Shown: piece by piece, positions 54,218-64,000 of the stretch
Layout of the letters: each line of letters starts with the position of its first letter
Numbering within the stretch: position 1 is the first letter of the stretch
Assembly: GCF_009834535.1 (NCBI RefSeq)
Contig: NC_045697.1
Coordinates: 46,378,001 to 46,442,000, forward strand
Direction of reading: 5' to 3'
DNA: 64,000 nucleotides
DNA from: Camelus ferus
Lineage: Eukaryota
Program-made: the position numbers and the translations under genes
Notes under the pieces: generated by a model
Told to the model about the DNA's origin: nothing
The model's database searches: none
Seen by the model: the letters and a program-made list of their open reading frames with translations, nothing else

Positions 54218-54400
54218 TAACCTGTTTTTGTAAATAACTTGCACTGGGACACAGTTACATCCATGTTTTTACATGTAGTCTGTGGCTGTTTTTGCATTTT
54301 GACAGCAGAGTTGAATGGTTGGGTAGAAACTGTATACCCTGCAAAACCTAAAATAGTTACTGTCTGGCCCTTTAGGGGGGAAAGTTTGCTAAACTCTAAT
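54218..54400. mobile_element. MER58A-like hAT-Charlie element
   Basis: cctgtttttgtaaataa...acagcagagttgaatggttg...aaaacctaaaatagttactgtctggcccttt...aaagtttgct. Confidence 0.85.
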
Positions 54401-55852
54401 CTAAAACTCAAAAGAATACCCTAAGTGGGAGCTTTCAAACTGATCAGTCTTGGGCTTTGTTGAGTAACTGAACCTTGTCATGCAAACCTCCAGTACTTAT
54501 AGAGCAGTACCTACCAAGGGATCAGATTCCTCAGGGAGATTACAGGGCCTTTCTTACCCCTCATTTCCTAACTCCAGAGATGGTCCCTAAGACGAGACAC
54601 AACACATGAACTGCACCCAGATTTAAGCATTAATTTTGGGATGTTTGCCAGACCAGATGGTTAGAAAAGCTAAGTACTATTGATTTATTTCTTACCCTTT
54701 ATGAGGCAACATTAGAGACAATGGACCTTATCAGAACAAATGAGAATAAACAACAGAATGCAGATCAGAGGAGAATTAAGAACAAATGCTATTGGATTTT
54801 ATTAGGCTATAATTAATTTTGTATGTAGAAAAGCACTAATTATTAGTTAATTGTTGACCACACCAACAGAGCTCTATCTCATGGCAGCTGGGCAAGGATG
54901 GACTTCTCTGTTTCATGAATGTCACTCTCTCCCATATAGTACTGTGACCATAATCTCCAGTACCCTGGGAATGCTTTCCTGCAAATGCAATTAATCATCC
55001 ATCAAATGCCTTTGAGCACTTAGTAGACATTAGAGGCTGGGGAAACAGATTAATAAGACCCGATTCCCACCAACAATGTTGCAGTGCAGTGGTGATTTGC
55101 ACCCAGAACTGCAATGATTGTTCTTACATGGTTTTGGCTCACAGACCTTTATGAGATTGTGATCAAAACGACAAACCTTATTTTTAGAAAAACAGATGTG
55201 CAAAGGCACATCTAAACAGAATTTTACATGTAATTTCAAGAGACATTATATTTCCTGAAGGTCATTTATGAAAGTCTGTGTGGGAGCTTACTCCCTTTTT
55301 AAAATCCTTGTGGTACAGAGCACGGGCACAACTGAGAGAGAGAGAGCTGGTGTGTGTGCGCGTGTGCATGTGTGTGTGCGCTCACACACACATGCAAGTG
55401 TCTTAGTTTCTTAAGGATCTTAAGATGGAAAAATATTTTCTAGGTGGGAGGAATGGCTTATGCAAAAGAAATGAGACATGGTAAGTCAGGGGAATTCAGG
55501 AAGTCAAAGCAGTTTGGTTGGACACATTCCGAGGGCAGATGACTAACGCCTTGGGAGAAGAGGCTGAAAAAAGACTGAAGACTGAGTCATACCTAGTATA
55601 TTGTATGAGTAGATCTGTCACTCTTCCTTGAAGGACTGCATGTCCCTAAGGGGGGCACACACTATGGGACATGCAGTTTATCGCAGGACACATATTTGTT
55701 TGCCTCTACCTGGTTGTTTATTGCTGATTTTCTCTTTTCTTGATTTTTTTCCTTTATTTTTTTTTTTAAATTTAGGCATGTGTTAGTGAACAAGGATCTT
55801 TATATATACTATATCATAGGATCTAATTAAATGTTGTAGCAATCGCACTAGC

Positions 55853-56050
55853 TTTTATTATTTATTTATTATTTTATTTTATTATTTTTATTTTATTATT
55901 TATTATTATTTATTTAGCTTTTATTTTACCTATTTTACCCACAAGAAAACAGATCCAGAGAGGTAACTTATGTGGTCAAGCCCACAGAGCTAAACACAGC
56001 AGAGCTGGTAATTGGACACCCTTTTTCCTAATTTCAGGTTTTATACTTTT
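55853..56050 (-). mobile_element. (TTTA)n tract plus a MIR fragment
   Basis: ctattttacccacaagaaaacagatccagagaggtaact...cacagagctaa...gcagagctgg. Confidence 0.6.
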
Positions 56051-57954
56051 TCCTTTGGGCTTAAGACACTGAGCCAAGTAAGTTTTGTTGTGAAGGATAA
56101 TTGATCATTTCTGGCTAATGTAGAATACCCGCTTGTAAGTCAGGTTATTAAATGTGACCATACTTTTTGTTTAGTATTTTATGTAGTAATTTTATTTAGG
56201 CCAAGAATGTTGGAGTGAATAGATTTTATTTCTATTTTTTAGTTGATCTTTCACACTTACGTACTCTGACTTTGGTTTTTATTTTGTTTAAGAGAAAGTT
56301 GCAGGAAGGCTTATAGCTGGGGTTGAACTGACCAAGCTGGACAGACTGGGAAAGGCTTGGAAGGGCTAAGATCTGGATTAGAAAGCCCTGGGAATTCCTC
56401 CAAAACACAAACTCCAAGCAACAGACAAAATGACTGCACATCATAAGGAGAATTACATGTTAAGAAGTTTTTTAGAAAGTGTTTTCAGCCTTATTCAGGG
56501 GTGGTGAAAATATCTAATTACAAAACCACAAAGCAGAGAGAGAAATGTTGGCTGAGGGAGGGGAGAAACTCTGTGTATTCACAAGTAGAGTCCAGTGTCA
56601 AATGTGGCTTGACTTCCATTAGCTTTGTTTTTTGACATAATAGATTTTTCTAGAAAGCCTTCCCCAAAATTAAACCCAATTAACTGCACAAATTCCTATT
56701 GAGATTTAGAAGCCAATCAAAGACAGATTCTGAGATGACAGGCTGAGAAGGAAGGGACAGTGCCCAAGTCGATCCTGGTCGTAGTAAGATTCAGGGAGAC
56801 CAGACTTGGGTGTGGCACTCGGACATCAGACGAGCCCAGTTCTAGGATACTCAACATCCAACAGAAAAAGGAAAGATGATAGTGGTTGAAGATGTCAAAG
56901 CAAGGAGGCTTCAGTAGATTAACCTGGCTTTTTTCGTAGTTGTGCTGAGGGTCGGCTCTGAATACAATACAATAAGATCCATCACTTGGTGAAATAATGT
57001 GTAATGAGACATTGAATCACAGCCACAAGAAAGGGAAAAAACAGTGTCAAAGGCCCCACCCAGTGTTGCATAAATGACAGGGAAACATATTTGGAACAGG
57101 ATACGTTGAGCACTGTTTGTCTGTGTGTCCCCACCAGAAGAACCACCTCTAAACCCATTAACCCAGTCAAGTCATTTTCTGTGGAAGTTTCTGTGACCTT
57201 TCCCACAGGCCTTCCCCTGCGCTGGATCCCAAGCTCGGTGCCACTTCACAGCTTGCATCATCTCCTCGGAACCCGGCCAGGGGGAGAGAGAACAGCTGGG
57301 AAGGGATGATTGTAAAAAGCCCCCAGGATTCTACAGAGGGTCCAGAAACCCCCTTCATGAAGTAAACTTAAGGAGCCCGAGGGCACTTTCGCCAGACACA
57401 ACGGTAGTGTGAGAAGAGAGACACAAAATGCGAGTTGATTGGTGTGACCACGGTGCAGGGCAGACTTTTGTAACCAGGCTAAAAGTCCTGTCTATTTCGT
57501 AGTATTTGTTAATATGACCGCAGACACGTTGACTAAATCCTAGGAACAGCTGCTCTTGATTCAACAACAGGGCATTAAGTCCCACAGCAAATACATAAAG
57601 TCCCACTCTATTTTCATAATTGAAATACATATTTTAAAGACCCTTTCAGTTATTCAGTGTCACTGCACACATTATGACTCATTTTAAAAAGACTCTCAGT
57701 TTCCACAATGACTCTTAGTAGACTGTCTGTAGATCATAACATGAACTGAAGTTATTTCAAGAGAATATAGTTTTTATTTAATCTTAGCTCATTCCTCTAA
57801 ATTGAAAGCCACTATTCCTAAAGCACCTCTTGGAGAGATATGAAGCAATATCCCCCCTCTATTTTGGTTATGTGAATACATTCCATTGCTGTTTTATGAT
57901 TTACGAGCTAGGTATTATGTGGAACTTTTTATTCATTCTGAGCCTATGTAATTG

Positions 57955-58085
57955 CAGCTACAAAATGGCGATATCATCAGAATCTACCTGCTACAGTTGT
58001 TTGAGAATTAAATAGAATAATATATGTAGTGCTTAGCAAAATGCTGGGACATAGAAAGTGCTCAGTAAGTGTTAGCAGTAATAAT
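57955..58085 (+). mobile_element. MIR 3' fragment
   Basis: gttgtttgagaattaaat...gtgcttagcaaaatgctgggacatagaaagtgctcagtaagtgttagc. Confidence 0.7.
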
Positions 58086-59054
58086 CTTTATCATCACCAT
58101 CATTATTCATTTAAACTCAGGTTAGTCAAAAATATTCTCATTTTTAAATGATAAGTTTTATGTTTGAAGATAGCTTATAACTTCTGATTTTTAACTTTAT
58201 ATAATTATCACTACTGTCTAACTTGAAAATGTACAAAAATTTCAACATCCTCCAAATTTGCTTGGTAAGGGAGTCACATATACATAAGGGGAATTTTTTT
58301 TTAATTATTTCAAATTTTTAAAAATAGCTCAGTTTAATTTTCAGGCACAATAATGTTTAATTTATGAAAAATCAAAAAAATCTCAATGATTAAAATTTAT
58401 TGATAATCATTTTGCATTAAGCATTTAATCTAATCTTTACTATGCCAAAATAGAGTCATTGATGTTTTTAATTTTTGCTTATTCAAAAAAAAAAAACATG
58501 GAACGTTTGTATACCAATGTGGAATGCTTAAGAAATGTGCCACTCCGAGCAAATTGGAAACAATGATTGAGAACCTCAAATTCATCTTGTTTGCTACATT
58601 TTAGGGCAGCAGATTCTCCAGCTTTACTGAGAAATGTTCAGAGAGGGAATGGAAAGTGTTTTGAAATCAGAAGAAGACGTGCGTCAGTGCTTATCTGCCA
58701 CGGCATGGAGACCTCCCTCGGTTTAAAGGCCAGCCAAGCGTTGTCTTTGGAGCTTAGCTATGTAACCCAATGACATAAATGGGAGTGTCAGGTTGAAATC
58801 CTTCCAGACTTGGATACATCATGTGCTGAATTTTTTAGACCTAGATATAAAAATAGTTTCCAGGCTTAGAATCAGACGTAATAAGGATGAAATACCTCCA
58901 TAAATTAAGTTTTCTAAAAGCTTCAAACGTAATTGAATTCGGGTAAGTCCTGCTATAATAAACAAGTCAATTTTCCCAGGGTCCTGTGTAGAAATATGTC
59001 TCAAAGTGGTTCACACTTTCAGAAGTTCTTCCATGGCCTTCGCTTCCCTAAGGG

Positions 59055-60075
59055 TATTGTGTCTGAGATATTCTCTGAAGGCAGATTCTAAGACAAAGGT
59101 TTTTGTAATCAGTAGTTGATTCATGGATCGCTGTAAAACAAGAAGCAAGTGATTCCAGGAGCAAGAAGAAGCGGTCGAGGGTTAGAACAGGAAGGAGGAG
59201 AAGCAACCCAAGGGACGGCGTCGGCCGACACTGTGGTTCCTTCTAAAGAGCCATCTGGTCTGTGTTTCAGATAAGACCAAAAGGTATCAAAAGAGGGGAC
59301 ACTTATTCCTTCACTTCTGCCTCGTCAAGAGAGGCCTCACCGATCCTCCCCTGCACTTTGGAATGGTGCATTCGTATTTACAGACTGCCGGTGCAGGTGC
59401 ATCAAAGCCAAAACCAAACATACAGCAAAAAAAACCCCAAAAAACCAAAAAACCAACAGTAGGAACTGAAAGATAGTAACACAGGCCTGAGTTGAGCACT
59501 GTCAGGTTGCACCTGTGGGAAGCTGGCTGACGCCGTCAAAGAACCATTCAGCACAGCAGTTCTGGGGTGGGACGTGGAGAGAACGTGAAGTAGAGCTCAG
59601 TATCTGCTGCCATTCATCCCTGTCACCATTCGGTCTCTTTCATTCCCTTCCCAGTGTCCCTTTCAAGGTACTAGCCAAACTTGCAAGGACTTAATAAAAG
59701 AGGGTGAGTTCAATGAACTTCAGTCTTCACTGCTGTAGCTAGTCCTAAAGCCATCATCAGTATCTTCTCTCCCCCAAGACCCATTTTGAATTTCCCTTAT
59801 AAGTGGCTAGTAATGGTTGTGTGCCTGGTGGACTGACCCTAGACTTTATCCTCAGGGTTCAGAATAAAATCCGCATTGTGGAAGACTACGTGCCAACCTT
59901 ACAGGGTGCTGTACCTGAGCTGGTGCCTTTGCCAAGCCTTTCTCCTATCCTGTTCTACAGCCAGCCACTCTGCTCAGGCAAACTACTTCTGGGTGATGAG
60001 GTGTGTAATAAGTGTAATGGACTCCGTGGATACGTATCCATTCTTCTATTTCTTTTGCTGTAAAATTAGTCTGTT
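59055..60075 (-). mobile_element. ERVL (LTR16 / ERV3-16A3-like) LTR and internal sequence, left part
   Basis: LTR16-like start (gaaggcagattctaagacaaagg), then antisense ERVL internal/integrase-like sequence (ggtggactgaccctagactttatcct..., aagtgtaatggactcc...ttttgctgtaaa). Confidence 0.6.
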
Positions 60076-60079
60076 CTTG

Positions 60080-60646
60080 TCAAGATGAAGCAGACAGAAG
60101 AAAGTATACAATAAATACATGTGTTGCTTTATGTTTAACCTAAATAATGGTTTTGTGGTGGATGCAACCCACAAGGGTAACAAAATTCCTTTTGCAAATC
60201 ATTCAGTAAAACCAAACTGCTCTGCAAATGTTTTGATGGTTAATGGTGATCACAAGACAGGGATTTTTGGTAAGAGAGCCATCCAGACCTGTGAGGAGCT
60301 GGGTTTTGATTACGGAAAGAGCCAGGCTGATGCTCTGAAGTTTGCGGGCACTGGATGAGAACTGAAAGTCCCTTGACGTTTGCTACCTTCTCCTCCCTTT
60401 CCTTCTCCCTGGCACAGCTGCTTTAGCTTTAGGAACAGCAAGGACTATGGGCAATTTAGAAAAAGTAAATGCAGTTTGCAAATTCTGAATTTGCAAAGTC
60501 CTGTAAGAATAATTTAGAGTAATGAATTTAAAAATCAAATTTGTATCGCCTTCTCACCAGCTGCAAACTGTTTTGTACCAGAAAAAAATTTGCAATAATG
60601 CAGTATGGTACATTTTTCAACTCTGAATAAAGACTACTTGAATTTT
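60080..60646 (+). pseudogene. EZH2: 5'-truncated processed pseudogene of EZH2 (SET-domain C-terminus plus 3'UTR)
   Basis: QDEADRR, then a small deletion/frameshift, then [89 protein letters not shown]. Compare recalled EZH2 ...[30 protein letters not shown]...[26 protein letters not shown]. Intronless; premature TGA 60356-58; native stop 60374-76; EZH2-type 3'UTR with AATAAA 60626-31. Confidence 0.95.
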
Positions 60647-60792
60647 AAGAGAGAGCAAGAACAAGAGTGAGAACGAGAGACAGAGAGAAAGTGAGCACAA
60701 GGTGTGCGTACAGGCCCTGGGGCAGGCACGGCACAGCACGTCTAGGAAGTGGGTCTGCGCAGCTGCTGGAGCTCAGACGGTGAGCACTGTAA

Positions 60793-61330
60793 ATATTCAC
60801 CAAGAGTCTGAGGCAACAGCTGGGCGATGAGGGCCATGCAGTAGCTGGAATAAAATAATGCCCTGTGTTTAAGGACACTAGCTTCAGGAGGCTGAAAGCA
60901 AATAGCTCCTCCTCTCTGTCCTGATCCTCCTATGGTTTGTTGTAAGGGTGTCCTGGATTTTAAGCAGTTCTCCCTGGTAAAAGCAGACTCCCTGGACACC
61001 ACAGATAGCACTTTTTATGATCAATTTCTTATAGGGTGTGTCTCCATCCCCTGGCAGAATGAGATGATCAAAGCTGAAAGTTTCAATGACATCACTGAAA
61101 CTGAAAATGAGGGAAATATGACATTAGAGCTAGAAGAGAAAATATGTCACTAAGTTCCCAAACCACAGAGAGGCTTCTTCTGCAGACTTCTCAGAAGATG
61201 GGGCTGCCTCAACACTGGGCCCATGAGAAGGAAAAGCTGTCCATAGCTCATGCCCACTCACTAGAACTCAACGCCACAGAGCACGTGCTTCATCCTACCT
61301 GAATTGCAACAGACAGATATGACATCTTAA
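60793..61330 (+). pseudogene. GRK4: 5'-truncated processed pseudogene of GRK4 (C-terminal region plus 3'UTR)
   Basis: FTKSLRQQLG...AGIK*CPVFKDTSFRRLKAN, frameshift, then PPLCPDPPMVCCKGVLDFKQFSLVK...FY...GCVSIPWQNEMI...H*VPKPQRGFFCRLLRRWGCL. Compare recalled GRK4 LTKNPSKRLG...HPVFKDINFRRLEAN...CPDPHAVYCKDVLDIEQFS...GCVSIPWQNEMIES...RGFFYRLFRRGGCL. Stops at 60856 and 61151; no introns. Confidence 0.9.
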
Positions 61331-61349
61331 CATGTAAAAACAATCTGTT

Positions 61350-63050
61350 AGCATAAGTCAATGTTGGATGTGATACCATGTGAATAGATCAAGCATTAGG
61401 TAAATACTCTTATTGTAGTGATGGAGGAGGTTCTGTAAGGCTAAAAGGAAAGCCCAGGTGTCAATTCCAGTAAAGATGGCACAAGGTGGAAGAGCTCCAG
61501 TGTAATGACATTGGAATCAGACAGTTGGCTCTTCTCTTCAGGGATGACGCCACATTGCTGCGTGTGTGAGGGCACTCTAGAGCAGCAGTAGCGAGTTCAT
61601 TCTTGATGTGAGGTAGTCCATTTAGCGCCTCTATCCCTGACACATCATTCATAACTCACTGTGTCAGCACCACTGGGCTGAGTAAATACGGTGGTTGACA
61701 CTTGCAAGATGGATCATCTTGTCCAGTTGGTTGCTGAGTGCCTCTTTTGTAGTGAATACATCTCAGTGGGCATTCATGTGAGACATAAATATTTGCATAT
61801 TCTGTGGCCACTTCCAGTGTTCCACCTACTGGCCTCTTCTCCAGACTTCTTTGCCTCTGATCATTGGTTGTTGCTCCTTCATGCACAGGGGTCAACGTAC
61901 AGTCATAACTCAAACCACTGTCCTCTCTGCCTGGTAAACTGTAGACTGCACTGCTCATAATTTTGAACACTGAGAGAATTTCCTTCACCCCAATCTGGGG
62001 CCATCTTTGAGGAAGGCTGGAGCATGGTGGTAGCAGTACTTTTCTGGCTGGTCCTAAGGTTTTACATATTCCCGTCTGTGGACCAGATCTGAGTTTTTCC
62101 TCCTCTGTCAGTTGATCATAATTGTTTCAGATTGGGTTTCCCAGGAAGCAGAGTCTGTTCAAAGGATTTAACATGCAAGAGGTGTATCAGAGTGTGCTCT
62201 TGAGAACGTATCTGTGGAAGGAAAAAGGGTGAGGCAGGACTGGGCAGAGATGCGAGCTGTGATGCAGTATCCGTGGAGCACCTCTGCTTGCCCTGCAAAC
62301 AAGACTGAAGACCAGAAGACTCCTGAGATCTGTCCTGAGCTCGGGCGAGAGAATCAGATCTTTGTATGCCTTTTTCAGTGATCACCGAATGTAGGCTACT
62401 CAAGATGGGGGGTGATCTCAGGAAAGGAGGCTCTTTTCAACTAAGGCAACCTCCAAAGGGCTGACAGCGAGGGCTATTACAGTGTGTGGGATAATGAGTC
62501 TTTTATTCCTGAAGGGAAATTTGGGAAGTGAATGTCAGCATATACCAGAGCAGTCAACCTCTAGAAGGTATAATTTGAAGGAAAGGCATTGGTACAGCAG
62601 AGATGGTTTTCATGGGAGTCTGCTTATGTGGTTTGCTTGTTCTTTCTGAACCTGAATAAAACATTGTCCCCACTGATACTTGGGGTTGCTGCTGTACACT
62701 GGACCTTAGGGCTTGGCTGATCAATAATACCTAGCTCCTGTGAGCCGTTCTGCCCACAAAGTCATTTGGTATCCCAGGTAAGGTTCCAGATCTGCATTCT
62801 CATATTTTCAATTCATAGGAGATAAGCAAGCTAAATGACTATCTAGAAATCTATCACATTGGTGAAGACCTTGCCCTCAGGAAACATCCAGCTCTGTTAT
62901 CAATAGCCATGGTTTACTGATAACAATAGCAACTCCATGGAGAATTAGCGTATTGAAACACTAGGGTACAAATCAAAGTTGAAAGTTAACATATGAAGTC
63001 GCTCTTTTAAACAGAGATATTTCATGGCGGGAACACTATGAAACAGCTGA
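61350..63050 (-). mobile_element. ERVL internal sequence, right part, containing an LTR16-like LTR at ~62120-62550
   Basis: Antisense integrase/RNaseH-like remnants (caatgttggatgtgataccatg; gggcattcatgtgagac); LTR16 motif gggtttcccaggaagcagagtctg...gcaggactgggcagag...gagctgtgatgcagt. Confidence 0.6.
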
Positions 63051-63415
63051 GCAAAAAGAACATCCATGATATGTGATAGGAATCCTTACAAAGTATCTTC
63101 AATTCACTCTTTTGGAGTCTAATATATGAATATAGTCATAATTGAAATTTCTTTGTTTATAATGTTTTCTTCTCAGAATATAGTTTTATAGAACCCTTGG
63201 GTTACTACCACCCTTAGCATCTTAACATCTGCAGATCTTAACATCTTCTGGTTAGTGCCTTTGTCTATAATTAAGCAACTATATTTAAAAAGATTAATCC
63301 TCTAGAATATACACCAATCTTTTAATAATTTATTTTGATACTTGACACCTGTAAGTGGATTTACCAATGGATGTAGCTATTGGGGGAATTTATATATAAA
63401 TATGTATAATAAGTA

Positions 63416-63416
<1 letters not shown>

Positions 63417-63461
<45 letters not shown>
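63417..63461. repeat. (TG)n(TA)n microsatellite
   Basis: Directly visible. Confidence 0.95.
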
Positions 63462-63554
63462 GTCCAATATAATACTTTTAGAATATAAATATGAAAACTT
63501 GAGAGAAAATTAACCTAAATTACATGGACTATGCCTATCTCAAATCTGCAGGAT

Positions 63555-64000
63555 TACGTGGTGTTTTGAAGAGAAACTGAACTCTCCCCATCAAGATCTG
63601 AGGTCTAAAGCTTCTTCCTTTTGAACCTGGACCAGCTTTAGTGACTCTTATTATTAACCGAACATAGTAGATGGGAGCTGTATAACTCCAAGGCTGGATC
63701 AGAAGAGACCACGAAGCTTCCACCTGGCTGTCTTGGAAAGCTCACTCTGACGGAAGTCAGAAACCATGCAATAAGTCTGATTATCCTGCAACCAGTATGC
63801 TGGAGAAGACAAAAGCAGATGCCCTAGTCAACAGCCCAGCTGAGCCATCAGCCTATAATCGACTCCAAGGGTCAGCACTTGAGAGCCGTCTTCGACAGCC
63901 AGCCCATTCAGACTTTCCTATGACTGTATCCCAGCCAATGTCTGAGTGCATCCATATCAGAGCCAAGCATTCCTCAAATTTCTAATCTATAAAATAAGAA
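63555..64000 (+). mobile_element. MaLR LTR (MLT1G/H-like), running off the window end
   Basis: ccttttgaacctgg...gtgact...agcttccacctgg...atgctggagaaga...gtcaacagcccagctgagcc. Confidence 0.65.

Noticed and set aside
60119..60358. 79-aa SET-like ORF as a functional methyltransferase
   Set aside because: Only the C-terminal part of the SET domain, with an upstream frameshift, a premature stop and substitutions in conserved motifs (RFANHS>PFANHS, ELFFDY>ELGFDY).
60080..61330. EZH2-GRK4 fusion protein
   Set aside because: The EZH2 stop, 3'UTR and poly(A) signal separate the two parts, and the GRK4 part has two stops and a frameshift.
1..64000. CRISPR arrays, tRNA/rRNA genes, prokaryotic systems, CpG-island promoter
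   Set aside because: None seen; the DNA is mammalian intronic/intergenic and CpG-depleted.

Overview
Mammalian (eutherian) genomic DNA, AT-rich and repeat-dense. The style of the short L1 3' ends suggests a cetartiodactyl, probably a camelid; this is inference. The only intact coding sequence is the terminal exon of ANTXR2/CMG2 on the + strand: acceptor at 4271-4273, GRCINFSRVPSQ* at 4274-4312. It is preceded by the end of the last intron and followed by a 3'UTR with a CpG-retaining block and a strong poly(A) signal at 6227. The remaining ~55 kb is intergenic and filled with L1, L2, MIR, MaLR/ERVL LTRs and DNA-transposon fossils. The most unusual structure is at ~60.06-61.35 kb. There, two different processed pseudogenes (EZH2 3' end, then GRK4 3' end) lie head-to-tail, joined by a GA-rich tract and an unexplained ~100-bp linker. 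They appear to occupy a single insertion site in an old ERVL internal sequence, with one candidate pair of target-site duplications. Repeat family names and boundaries are recognised by eye and are approximate.
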